Source: a virus
Lineage: Duplodnaviria > Heunggongvirae > Uroviricota > Caudoviricetes
IMG/VR virus record: IMGVR_UViG_3300046820_001896
Length of the DNA: 64,000 bases
Reading direction: 5' to 3' (one strand)
Both the position numbers and the translations under genes were made by a program. A model generated the notes under the pieces. The model was not told where the DNA came from. It did not search any database and saw nothing but the letters and a program-made list of their open reading frames with translations. This document shows, piece after piece, positions 44,410-54,573 of this stretch; position 1 is the stretch's first letter, and each line of letters opens with the position of its first letter.

Positions 44410-47400
44410 ATGTCACTGAAGATTTTTTCACAAGCTCCTTACAACGATGACTACGATGAAACGAAGAAATATCTTCGTATGTTGTTTCGTCCAGGAGTTT
44501 CATTACAGGTACGAGAGTTAAATCAGCTACAAACTTATCTGCAAACTCAAATTCAGCGTTTAGGTTTACATTTATTTAAAGAAGGCTCAATGGTCATTCC
44601 AGGTCAAACTGCGATTGACACAAAAATTGTATATTTAAAAATTCAACCTGAAACAAACGGCGTTGAAATTAGTACTATTCTTGCAGATTTGGTTGGTAAG
44701 ACTATTACCGGTGCTAGCGGTGTACAAGCTCAGGTTCTTACATACGCTGCAGAAGAAGATACAGATCCTATTACATTATTCGTGCGTTATGTTGCATCTT
44801 CTGATGATGAAGAAACAAAAACATTTTCTGCCGAAGAATTATTAACTACTACTATCGATAGTGAAGAATACACATTACAAATTCTTCCATCGACTGATAC
44901 TCCAGTTGGTTTTGGTTCTATTGCATCTATCGAAGCTGGTGTTTATTTTATTAAGAGTCAATTTGTACAAGTTGATTCTGCTACAATCATTCTTTCTAAA
45001 TATAGCAATACACCGACATATCGAGTTGGTTTATTGGCAACAGAAAACATTGTAACATCTAATTCTGATGCTTCACTAAATGACAACGCCAATGGTTCTC
45101 CAAATGAGAATGCTCCTGGTGCTCATCGTTACCAATTATTATTAACATTTGCAAAATTAGCAGTTGATTCAGAATTAGACGAAAACTTTATTGAATTACT
45201 TCGTATTGAAAATGGTGAACTAAAGAGTAAAGTAGAAACATCTACATATTCTGAACTTGCTAAAACATTAGCACGTCGTACATTTGACGAATCTGGTAAC
45301 TATACAGTTCGTCCATTCAAATTAGCAATTCGCGAACATCGTAATAACGATCGCGGGCAATGGCAAGCATTTACTGAATATCGTTTAGGTGACATTGTAA
45401 AGAGCGGTGATAATTATTTCACAGCTATGGAAACTGCTACGTCTGGTAGTATCGAACCAGCTACTACTTTCTCTGAAACAAATCCATATCAAATCTATTC
45501 AGATAATAACATGGATTGGAACTATACTCCACGACCATCGTTTAATCGTGGTTACAAAACACCAGAAAACGGTGGTTCAGAATCTTCATTTGCAGTTGCT
45601 ATTGAACCTGGTAAAGGTTATGTACAAGGTTATGAAATCGAGAAGATTGCTACTGAATTCTTAGAAGTTCCTAAGTCAAGAGAATTTGCACGCATTGATA
45701 GTGATTCAATCGATATCAAGTACGGAAACTATGTTTATGTTTCTAACGTACGTGGTGTACCTGATTGCACAACATATCCAACAATCACTTTATACGATCA
45801 ATTAACTCCATCAACAAATTCTCAAGCTTCTGGTGCAGGTAATGCGATTGGTACCGCTCGTCTTCGTGCATTCGAATATGATTCAGGTACTCCTGGTGCA
45901 TCTGCAGTTTATAAAGCATATTTGTTCGACCTTCAAATGGAAGCTGGTTATACATTTGAACGTGATGTTAAACAATTCTTTTATGATTCAGGAACAACAT
46001 TAAGCAACTTCGTTGCAGATGTTTCACAAATTTATACTACATTAAGCGGTACAGTTAGCGGATCATCTACAACTGTTACAGGCGTTGGTACAAAGTTTAC
46101 AACTGAATTAAAAGTTGGAGATTATATTCGTGTTGAAGATTCTGCTGGAGCATTAGAAGTTCGCAGAGTTACTTCAATCACAAATAACACAACACTTGCT
46201 ATTGCTTCTGCTTTTAGCGGTACAGTTACTGGTAAAACATTTCAACGTGTGATGACACAAGTGCAAGATCCAAGTTTCACTGGATTGATTTTCCCTCTTG
46301 CACAATCATTTATTCGCAAAGTTCGTGGTGGTGAAAATGATGCTACATTTGCAACATCATACACAACTACACAAAAATTCACAGGTTCTACTTCATCAGG
46401 TCAATCAACACTGACAATTTCAGTTGGTGCTGCATCTGGTGCAACAACTCTTGGTACAGAATTTAATCCTTCAGCAAATAAAAATGAATTCGTTGTAATT
46501 AATAGATCAACTGGACGTCCAGTTAATCCAACTGCAATTAATTTATTAAATAATGGCGCGGATGCACAAATTACTGGTTTAAGTCAATCTTCTTCATATA
46601 CTGTATTTGCTCCAGTTCGTAAAGCTGGCACAATTGCACAAGAAAAGAAGAAAACACTTGTAAGCAATGCAGTAAAAGACTTCACTTCTATTGGTGCAGT
46701 TCAACCATTAACATTGTCTCTTGGTAAAGCTGACGGCTATCGCATTGTTGCTATTCGCATGAAGAATAGCGGATTCACTGCATCATCTAATCCAACTGAA
46801 ACTACTGATATTACTGATTGGTACACATTTGATAATGGTCAACGTGAAACACACTATGATGTAGCTACAATCACACGTAAACCTGGATATCCAGTTCCAA
46901 AGGGTGCTGTTCGTGTAATTTTTGATTATTTCGATCACACAGCTGGTACTGCCGGTGACTACTTTACAGTAGACTCATATTCAGATATTCCATTTGAAAA
47001 TATTCCATACTTCACGCCTGCTGGTGGCATGATTGCTCTTGCTGATGTTATGGATTTCCGTCCACGTATTAATGATGTTGGTACAGGTTATAGTAGCACA
47101 GGTGCTTCTCCATCAGAGTTGCCAAAACTTGGATTTGAAACAATTGCAAGTTACTCACACTATCTTGCACGTCGCGATAAATTAGCATTAGATATCGAAG
47201 GCAGATTCTTTACAATTTCTGGTGTAGCAAGTACTGCTCCGCAAGAACCAAAAGATCCAGCTCTTGGAATGATGTTAGCTAAGTTAAATGTTTCTCCATA
47301 CACAGCTTTCCCAAGCGATGGTTCTGTTACAATTGAAACTATCGATACTAAACGTTACACAATGCGTGATATCGGTAAGTTAGATAAGCGTATCGAAAAC

Positions 47401-50400
47401 TTAGAATACTACACAGCGCTTTCATTGTTAGAAAACGAAACAAAATCTCTTGCAATTAAAGACGATGTTGGCTTAGAACGTTTCAAAAATGGTTTCATTG
47501 TCGATAATTTCAAAGGTCAAGACTTAGGTGACGTAGCTTCTATTGACTATCGTTGCTCTATCGATATGACTGCACAAGAATTACGTCCATTTTACACAAT
47601 GGATAACGTAAACCTTGTTGAAGAAAACCAGATTAATGCTGATAGAACTTCTGACGGTTACCAATTGACAGGCGATATCATCACATTGCCATATACACAC
47701 TTTAAGTTTATCACTCAACCATTTGCGTCACGCACTGAGAACGTTAACCCATTTGCGGTGTTTACATTCTTAGGTCAAATGTCATTGAATCCACCATCTG
47801 ATGATTGGTTTGAAACAGATCGTCGTCCAGATATTATTACAAACGTAGAAGGTAACTTCTCTGCTGTACAAACACAACTTGAAAAACAAGGTGTTCTTGG
47901 CACAGTGTGGAATGCATGGCAAACAACATGGACAGGTCAAACACGTAATATTGATCGCTTAGTTGTTTCACGTGGCTTCGATAGTACAAACTATGGTCTT
48001 GGCGCTGGTCGTTGGATGGATCGTCGTACATTTACTGCTGCTGAACTTCGTGCTATTGGTGGTGATGCTCCATCATTTGGTAATGGTGCTGCTGGTGCTC
48101 GTGTATTGACATTCCAAACACAAGCTACAACAATTGGACAATCACGTTCAGGTATCACAACATCTGTTGTTCCTAAGGTAGACTATGAAGTTGTTGGAGA
48201 TAAAGTTCTTCAAACTTCTGTTATTCCTTACATTCGTGCACGTGAATTATTATTTGTTTGCCGTGGTTTAAAACCTAACACTAAATTAAATCCATTCTTT
48301 GATGATGCATCTATTCAAGCATATGTAACTCCTGCTACTCGTCTTCCAATTACTCAAAATGGTTCATTAGAATTCGATACAGAAACTAATGCTGGTGCGG
48401 CAGCAAATGACATTGGTCGTCAAGTTGGTGGTAAACCAGAAGTATCATTCAACAAGGGTGATGTTGTGTATGTTAAAACGCGTGGTGGTACAACATACAA
48501 CTCACAAGTAACATCGCCAGCTCGTGGTGTTGCAGTGTTGAAAGAAAAAACTACTGACACTGGTGCAGAAGCTGTTTATGTTCTAAACGTAACTGGTACT
48601 TTCCAAGGTGGAGACGTTATCAAAGGTTCTCTATCAGGTGCTGAATATATTATTCAAGGATCTGGTTCAATTGCTACTGCAACTCAAGGTTCAAACTTAG
48701 TAACTAACTTTAACGGTAACTTAGCTGGTGTATTCTCAATTCCAAATACAGATAGCATGCGCTTCCGTACAGGTGTTCGTGAATTTAAGTTAAGCGATAG
48801 CGTAACTGGTGGTAACGATTTTACAACACAAGGTCGTGGCACATATCGTGCTCAAGGTACATTAGAAACTAAACAGCGTTCTGTTAATGCTGTGCGTAAC
48901 TCTGAAATTGTTACACGTCCTGCATCAGAAACACGTACACAAGAGATCTTCTCTCCTGAACGTATCGTACGTGATACTGGTTGGTATGACCCTCTTGCCC
49001 AAACTATTATGATTGGTTCTAAGGGCGGTGCATTCTTAACTAAAGTTGATATCTTCTTCTCTACTAAAGATGCAAACATTCCAGTTAACTTACAAATTCG
49101 TGAATCTGTAAACGGTTACCCAGGTCCAGGTATTCTACCTTTCTCTAAGGTTACATTAAACCCAGATCAAATCATAACATCTAATGATGCATCTTTAGCA
49201 ACTACATTTACATTTGAATCTCCAGTTTATGTTCAAGACGAGACTGAATACTGTATCGTTCTTCTATCTGATTCAAACAACTATCGTGTTTGGATTTCAC
49301 AACTTGGTGAAAAAAATATTGGTACAGATCGTTTCATCTCTGAACAACCATACGCAGGTGTATTGTTTAAATCACAAAACGCTTCTACATGGACTGCTAA
49401 CCAAGAACAAGATTTGAAGTTCACAGTATATCGTGCTGAGTTTAATACAAACACAGAAGGCGTGGCTACATTCACTAATGATATCCTTCCTCCTGCTGTA
49501 TTAGATGGAAATCCATTTAAGACAACACTAGATTCGTCTAAGGTTCGTGTATCACATCGTAATCACGGCATGCCAGCAGGTTCAACAGTAATCATTTCTA
49601 ACGTTGCAGATGGAGACTATAACGGTATCGTTACAACATCTACTTCTGGTCTAAACGGTGAATTCATTATTAGCAACCCAGAACCAGATTCATATGTTAT
49701 CGATACTGGTACTGATGCTGATGCAACTGGTTTTGTTGGTGGTACAGATGTGGTTGTTTCTGAGAACGTTCCAATGGATGCTGCTCAGTTAATTACTCAA
49801 TCACAAACATTCTCTGACACAACATTATCATATGAAATGTTGACAACAGATTTATCATATAATCTTGCGACTGAAGCAACTAGCGTAATTCCAAATGAAA
49901 CAGTATACTTTGGCACATCTCAACAAGTTGCTTCTGCTATTAACGAAGAAACTGCTACTCCATTAAATGGTTCAAAGTCATTGAAAGTTATTGCAAGATT
50001 GAATACAGATAATTCTGCATTATCTCCAATCATTGATACTTCACGCTTATCAGTTGCAACAATCAAAAACCGTGTTGATAATTTCACATACGCTACTAAG
50101 AACGTTGCAGGTTTAGATGATATCATCGTAGCAGATGCAATTTCTGGTTTCACTTTCGATTCTGGAAGCCCTGGTACAATCTTTGTTCCAAGTACAGCAA
50201 GATCTGCGGTGCGTTCTATCACAGTTGGAAAATATGTTTCTGTAAGTGGTACAACAAGCAATAACACAACAATTCCTGTGTTAGTCACAGCAGTTGCAGC
50301 AAATGGTTCATCAATCACGACTAATTATGCTGGATTTACAACAGAATCTCCAGCAAATACTACTATCACATTGAAAGATAATTTCATCGATGAAAGTGTA

Positions 50401-50766
50401 CCAATTGGTGGTTCTGCGACATCTAAGTACTTAACTCGTTTAATTAACTTAGAACAACCTTCAACGTTCTTGAAAGTTATGTTCGCAGCAAACATTCCTG
50501 CGGTCACTGATTCAGACATTGAAGTTTGGTACAAGTTAATCCCAACTGGTACAAACGGTGATATCTCTCAACATTCATTTGTGCGTGCTACAACTCCTCT
50601 TAAGAACGTTAAGAGAACATCTAACCCAGACGAGTTCGTAGATGTACAATACGATTTGACAGATCTTCCAGCATTTGATGGTGTTGTTGTTAAGTTAGTA
50701 TTTAAGTCTGGCAATAGTGCTCAACCTCCACGCGTTAAAGAGTTGAGAGTAATTGCTTGTGCATAA
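44410..50766 (+). CDS. giant structural protein (2118 aa), probable baseplate/tail-fibre component
   Basis: Uninterrupted 6.36-kb ORF. Its N-terminus YLRMLFRPGVSLQVRELNQLQ resembles a conserved domain of phage structural proteins (recalled from memory). Ser/Thr/Gly-rich beta composition. Confidence 0.7.
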   Translation: MSLKIFSQAPYNDDYDETKKYLRMLFRPGVSLQVRELNQLQTYLQTQIQRLGLHLFKEGSMVIPGQTAIDTKIVYLKIQPETNGVEISTILADLVGKTITGASGVQAQVLTYAAEEDTDPITLFVRYVASSDDEETKTFSAEELLTTTIDSEEYTLQILPSTDTPVGFGSIASIEAGVYFIKSQFVQVDSATIILSKYSNTPTYRVGLLATENIVTSNSDASLNDNANGSPNENAPGAHRYQLLLTFAKLAVDSELDENFIELLRIENGELKSKVETSTYSELAKTLARRTFDESGNYTVRPFKLAIREHRNNDRGQWQAFTEYRLGDIVKSGDNYFTAMETATSGSIEPATTFSETNPYQIYSDNNMDWNYTPRPSFNRGYKTPENGGSESSFAVAIEPGKGYVQGYEIEKIATEFLEVPKSREFARIDSDSIDIKYGNYVYVSNVRGVPDCTTYPTITLYDQLTPSTNSQASGAGNAIGTARLRAFEYDSGTPGASAVYKAYLFDLQMEAGYTFERDVKQFFYDSGTTLSNFVADVSQIYTTLSGTVSGSSTTVTGVGTKFTTELKVGDYIRVEDSAGALEVRRVTSITNNTTLAIASAFSGTVTGKTFQRVMTQVQDPSFTGLIFPLAQSFIRKVRGGENDATFATSYTTTQKFTGSTSSGQSTLTISVGAASGATTLGTEFNPSANKNEFVVINRSTGRPVNPTAINLLNNGADAQITGLSQSSSYTVFAPVRKAGTIAQEKKKTLVSNAVKDFTSIGAVQPLTLSLGKADGYRIVAIRMKNSGFTASSNPTETTDITDWYTFDNGQRETHYDVATITRKPGYPVPKGAVRVIFDYFDHTAGTAGDYFTVDSYSDIPFENIPYFTPAGGMIALADVMDFRPRINDVGTGYSSTGASPSELPKLGFETIASYSHYLARRDKLALDIEGRFFTISGVASTAPQEPKDPALGMMLAKLNVSPYTAFPSDGSVTIETIDTKRYTMRDIGKLDKRIENLEYYTALSLLENETKSLAIKDDVGLERFKNGFIVDNFKGQDLGDVASIDYRCSIDMTAQELRPFYTMDNVNLVEENQINADRTSDGYQLTGDIITLPYTHFKFITQPFASRTENVNPFAVFTFLGQMSLNPPSDDWFETDRRPDIITNVEGNFSAVQTQLEKQGVLGTVWNAWQTTWTGQTRNIDRLVVSRGFDSTNYGLGAGRWMDRRTFTAAELRAIGGDAPSFGNGAAGARVLTFQTQATTIGQSRSGITTSVVPKVDYEVVGDKVLQTSVIPYIRARELLFVCRGLKPNTKLNPFFDDASIQAYVTPATRLPITQNGSLEFDTETNAGAAANDIGRQVGGKPEVSFNKGDVVYVKTRGGTTYNSQVTSPARGVAVLKEKTTDTGAEAVYVLNVTGTFQGGDVIKGSLSGAEYIIQGSGSIATATQGSNLVTNFNGNLAGVFSIPNTDSMRFRTGVREFKLSDSVTGGNDFTTQGRGTYRAQGTLETKQRSVNAVRNSEIVTRPASETRTQEIFSPERIVRDTGWYDPLAQTIMIGSKGGAFLTKVDIFFSTKDANIPVNLQIRESVNGYPGPGILPFSKVTLNPDQIITSNDASLATTFTFESPVYVQDETEYCIVLLSDSNNYRVWISQLGEKNIGTDRFISEQPYAGVLFKSQNASTWTANQEQDLKFTVYRAEFNTNTEGVATFTNDILPPAVLDGNPFKTTLDSSKVRVSHRNHGMPAGSTVIISNVADGDYNGIVTTSTSGLNGEFIISNPEPDSYVIDTGTDADATGFVGGTDVVVSENVPMDAAQLITQSQTFSDTTLSYEMLTTDLSYNLATEATSVIPNETVYFGTSQQVASAINEETATPLNGSKSLKVIARLNTDNSALSPIIDTSRLSVATIKNRVDNFTYATKNVAGLDDIIVADAISGFTFDSGSPGTIFVPSTARSAVRSITVGKYVSVSGTTSNNTTIPVLVTAVAANGSSITTNYAGFTTESPANTTITLKDNFIDESVPIGGSATSKYLTRLINLEQPSTFLKVMFAANIPAVTDSDIEVWYKLIPTGTNGDISQHSFVRATTPLKNVKRTSNPDEFVDVQYDLTDLPAFDGVVVKLVFKSGNSAQPPRVKELRVIACA

Positions 50767-50992
50767 AGCTGTTAAAGTTGAAAATGAAGTAGGTCTCTAC
50801 CGAGACCTATCTTCTGGTGCTATTGTAAATACAGACGATAGCGGTAGAAATGCATATTTAAAACAGCGCAAAGCATTGCTTAAAGCTAGAGAAGAAACTG
50901 AACAAAACACTAGGGACATTCAAGAGCTTAAAGGGGAAGTTCAAGACATTAAGCAGATGCTAAGTCAGATTTTAGCACATGTCCAAAAATAA
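50753..50992 (+). CDS. small coiled-coil protein
   Basis: Overlaps the end of the giant gene by 14 nt. Confidence 0.35.
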   Translation: MLVHKAVKVENEVGLYRDLSSGAIVNTDDSGRNAYLKQRKALLKAREETEQNTRDIQELKGEVQDIKQMLSQILAHVQK

Positions 50993-51003
50993 GAGAGAAG
51001 TAA

Positions 51004-52095
51004 ATGTCTGTCATAAACGTAAGTTTAGAAGATACATTCGAACAATGGAGAATTAAGACTAATCAGCTTGGTTCTACCATTGGTGATGCAGCTTCTCTTC
51101 AAACAACTTCAACAAATTTAGTTGCAGCAATCAATGAAGTTCGCAGTAATGCGGTCGTTGATGGTATCGTCACGACTTATGGCAATATATTTCAAATTAA
51201 TATTGATGAAGGCGATTCAGCTGAATTAATATTAGATTTGGACGGTAACTTAACATTAGCTGGTGATTTAATTGCTGACGTTACAGGTAACCTAAATGGT
51301 AATGCTAATACAGCAACGAAACTTCGTAATGGTCGTATTATCTCTATTACTGGTGATGCGACATGGGATGTAGTATTTGATGGATCTGCTAATGCAACCG
51401 GTCAATTGCAAATCAATCCAACAGGTGTTGTACCAGGAACATTTACTAAAGTTACTGTTGATGGAGATGGTAGAATATATGAAGGTTTTGATTTAGAAGA
51501 TACTGATGTTATTGCTGCTCTTGGATATACACCAGTAAGTGAAGATGCAGGTTATGATAATCCAAGTTGGCTGACTTCTATTAATGGTAATAAAATTAAT
51601 AGTGCAAGCAATATTACAATTGCTAACTTAACTGTTGGAAGTAGAGTATATCTTGGAAACGGTTCTGCAACTGCTCCAAGTATCGGGTTTTCTTCTGATG
51701 CTGCTCAAGATACTGGAATTTATTGGGGTGGAGATGGTTACACTTTCTTCACCAACAATGGTGTAAAAAGCGGTGAGATTCAACCTGGCGGAAACTTAGT
51801 GATGGTTGGTAACGTTGGTGGTTATTCAGATATTCGTCTTAAAAGGGATATTGAAACTATCAAAGGCGCTCTTGATATTGTTAATCAGTTAAGAGGCATC
51901 TATTATACGTCTATAGATACTAATGAACGTAGCGTTGGTGTTGTAGCTCAAGAAGTACAAAACAAAATTCCAGAATTAATTAGAGTTGGTGAAAATGGAA
52001 TGCTTTCAGTTTCATATGGAAACATGGGAGGTCTTCTTTTACAAGCTATCAATGAATTGACAGAGAGAGTAAAAGCTATCGAAGCTAAATTATGA
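51004..52095 (+). CDS. tail fibre protein with C-terminal intramolecular chaperone (peptidase S74-like) domain
   Basis: C-terminus YSDIRLKRDIETIKGALDIVNQLRGIYY ... GVVAQEV ... LLLQAINELTERVKAIEAKL matches the auto-cleaving chaperone domain of tail fibres. Confidence 0.7.
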   Translation: MSVINVSLEDTFEQWRIKTNQLGSTIGDAASLQTTSTNLVAAINEVRSNAVVDGIVTTYGNIFQINIDEGDSAELILDLDGNLTLAGDLIADVTGNLNGNANTATKLRNGRIISITGDATWDVVFDGSANATGQLQINPTGVVPGTFTKVTVDGDGRIYEGFDLEDTDVIAALGYTPVSEDAGYDNPSWLTSINGNKINSASNITIANLTVGSRVYLGNGSATAPSIGFSSDAAQDTGIYWGGDGYTFFTNNGVKSGEIQPGGNLVMVGNVGGYSDIRLKRDIETIKGALDIVNQLRGIYYTSIDTNERSVGVVAQEVQNKIPELIRVGENGMLSVSYGNMGGLLLQAINELTERVKAIEAKL

Positions 52096-52502
52096 CTTTA
52101 CAAACAACAGGATTAATCACTCTTAGAGATATAGCAAATGAGGCTGGGCAACCAACCTCATTTTCGCCTTCCCTATCGTGGGTTAAATCAATCGTAAAAC
52201 CCGCAAATAGACTTCCAACTAATGAGATTGACGATGTCTATGGATTTGCATATTTCCAAAAAAATTCTGAAGGCAACTGTGCTAACGGAAATTGTACAGC
52301 AAATTGTAATTGTGGAAATATTCAATGTACTAACTGCGCTATTACTGGAACAGTAAATTGTACAAACTGCGATACACAAGCTTGGTTACAACCAAATTGT
52401 AATTGTGCTTGCACATATAATTGTAACCAAACACAAATTAGCTATAACTGTGCGTGTGCTTGTGCATGCGCTTGTGCTTGTGCTGATGGTGGCGGTGGAT
52501 AA
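52092..52502 (+). CDS. Cys/Asn-rich precursor-like protein (about 75-aa leader plus about 60-aa core with 22 Cys, ending CACACACACACADGGGG)
   Basis: ATGA overlap with the tail-fibre stop. The core is built from NC.NC / C.NC repeats. It lies directly upstream of the radical-SAM/SPASM gene. Confidence 0.6.
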   Translation: MTLQTTGLITLRDIANEAGQPTSFSPSLSWVKSIVKPANRLPTNEIDDVYGFAYFQKNSEGNCANGNCTANCNCGNIQCTNCAITGTVNCTNCDTQAWLQPNCNCACTYNCNQTQISYNCACACACACACADGGGG

Positions 52503-52523
52503 ATAGTTATTTGAGGCGATATT

Positions 52524-53957
52524 ATGATATTTGAAATTTTAGCAGAACGCAGTGAAAAAGATAGAAAAACATTTTTTTACGATAATATAAAAAATGTCTT
52601 ATCTTCAGAGGATGGTTTCATATTTAGTGTGGAAAATAAAAAAACACACAATCATATTGCTATACCATTTTCTAAAAAATCCCCATTGAAAAAATCAAAG
52701 AATATTACAAAACTAAAGATCCAAATGGGTCTTTCGTGTAACTATTCTTGCGACTATTGTTCTCAAAAGTTTGTTGGTCGTCCACCAGAAACCAATAAAA
52801 AAGACATTGATGACTTTATGAAAAAGTTAGAGGTGTTAGAATTCACAGAAGAACAAGGTTTATCAGTAGAATTTTGGGGAGGAGAGCCATTCGTTTATTG
52901 GAAAACTATGAAGCCTCTCGCAGAAGCTATTATGGAAAAGTTTTCTCATTGGAAAAATAGACCTAAGTTTTCAGTGATCACAAACGGTTCTATCTTAACA
53001 AGAGACATTTGTGCTTGGTTATATTACATGGGGTTTTATGTTTCAATTAGTCATGACGGTCCAGGGCAAAGTGTCAGAGGTCCTGATCCATTCGAAGACG
53101 AAGAAGCAAAAAAGATCGTATTAGAATTTTACAAAATAATGAAGCCACAAGGTAGAATTAGTTTTAATTCTATGCTTAATTCTAAAAATAAAAATCGGAA
53201 AGCAATTCACGAATGGTTTATCAATTTTACTGGAGATCCCGAAGTTCCTTTAGGAGAAGGTGCTTTAGTTGATGCATATGATTTAGATGGTATGAATAAT
53301 TCACTATCTACTAAAGAAGAACATTTTGAATTTAGAAGAAATTCTTTTAATGATATTAGATCGAATAATGGTTATATTGGATTTGGAACTATATTACAAA
53401 AAATAGATGGTTTTACTAATTCAGTGATGAATCAACTACCAGCTTCTGGATTAGGACAAAAGTGTGGAATGGATGATCAACATGTTTTAGCGATTGATAT
53501 GAAAGGCAATGTATTAACTTGTCAAAATGTATCTGCTGTTGAAACTGCAATGAATGGTGAATCTCATTTAGGCGGAAACTTAGATGACTACGATAATGTA
53601 GAGTTAAAATCTTCTACTCATTGGGCAAATAGAGAAGAGTGTTCAAAGTGCCCAGTTTTGCATCTATGCAAAGGTTCTTGTATGTTTTTAGATGGTCAGT
53701 TTTGGAAAACAACATGCGATAATGCTTATTCTGATAACATTTCACTTTTTGCTTTAGCATTCGAAAAGATGACATCAGGGTATATTCCATTGTACATAAA
53801 TAGTAATGAATTATCCCCAGAAAGAAAAGATATTTGGGGAACAATATTAAGCCATAAAGAAGAACCTACTAAAAAAATTATTCCTATTATTGCTGTAAGC
53901 GAAAAAACAGTATTAAATGATGTAGAAGTCTATACACAAGCAAAGGTAACACAATGA
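52524..53957 (+). CDS. radical SAM enzyme with C-terminal SPASM domain
   Basis: CNYSCDYC (Cx3Cx2C), GGEP and ITNGS motifs. SPASM Cys series CGMDD ... LTC ... CSKCPVLHLCKGSC ... C. Confidence 0.85.
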   Translation: MIFEILAERSEKDRKTFFYDNIKNVLSSEDGFIFSVENKKTHNHIAIPFSKKSPLKKSKNITKLKIQMGLSCNYSCDYCSQKFVGRPPETNKKDIDDFMKKLEVLEFTEEQGLSVEFWGGEPFVYWKTMKPLAEAIMEKFSHWKNRPKFSVITNGSILTRDICAWLYYMGFYVSISHDGPGQSVRGPDPFEDEEAKKIVLEFYKIMKPQGRISFNSMLNSKNKNRKAIHEWFINFTGDPEVPLGEGALVDAYDLDGMNNSLSTKEEHFEFRRNSFNDIRSNNGYIGFGTILQKIDGFTNSVMNQLPASGLGQKCGMDDQHVLAIDMKGNVLTCQNVSAVETAMNGESHLGGNLDDYDNVELKSSTHWANREECSKCPVLHLCKGSCMFLDGQFWKTTCDNAYSDNISLFALAFEKMTSGYIPLYINSNELSPERKDIWGTILSHKEEPTKKIIPIIAVSEKTVLNDVEVYTQAKVTQ

Positions 53958-54274
53958 TATTAATTGATGTAGAAAGTCAAAATTTGCCTGAATTAATTCG
54001 TTTATATAAGACTATTCCTTATGTTGTCCAAATAAGATGCAATAAAATATTAAGACAGCATTATAAAGATTTTGTAGGAGAAGATGGTTTGTATGTTGCA
54101 TGTTTAGTGCAGGTGAAGTCAGGCGAAGACAAATATTTAAAGTTTGAAGATATCTTATCTAAAGAGGTGTGGGATGATCCCATGCAATATCAATATTGTC
54201 TGCAGAATATGAAATTAAAAATAGATGATTACATAGAAAATGATGTTCTTCCAAAAACACCATATAGCGAGTAA
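53954..54274 (+). CDS. small protein, paralog A of tandem pair
   Basis: About 30% identity to the next ORF, including a shared C-terminal IDDYI.ND motif. ATGA overlap. Confidence 0.5.
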   Translation: MILIDVESQNLPELIRLYKTIPYVVQIRCNKILRQHYKDFVGEDGLYVACLVQVKSGEDKYLKFEDILSKEVWDDPMQYQYCLQNMKLKIDDYIENDVLPKTPYSE

Positions 54275-54276
54275 TT

Positions 54277-54573
54277 ATGGAAACACCTAATTTATTAACT
54301 TTAGTAAATCGTCTTAGACAAACTGAACATGTTACGCAAGTTAGATATCACCAAGTTTTAAAACAACGTTTTAGAGATTTAGTTGGAGTAGATGGTATTT
54401 CAATTGTATGTTTACTTACTAATAAAGCTAATCCTGAAAATTTTGTGAAAATTGTAACTATTTTAGAAGCTTCAGTAATTGAGAATTTAGAACGACATGA
54501 TGCTATCATAGAAGATATTAAAACAAGAATCGATGATTATATCATCAGAGATATAAGGCCACCAAAATTCTAA
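54277..54573 (+). CDS. small protein, paralog B of tandem pair
   Basis: Paralogous to the ORF at 53954-54274. Confidence 0.5.
   Translation: METPNLLTLVNRLRQTEHVTQVRYHQVLKQRFRDLVGVDGISIVCLLTNKANPENFVKIVTILEASVIENLERHDAIIEDIKTRIDDYIIRDIRPPKF

Noticed and set aside
44663-45664. three short plus ORFs in alternate frames
   Set aside because: They are internal to the 2118-aa gene.
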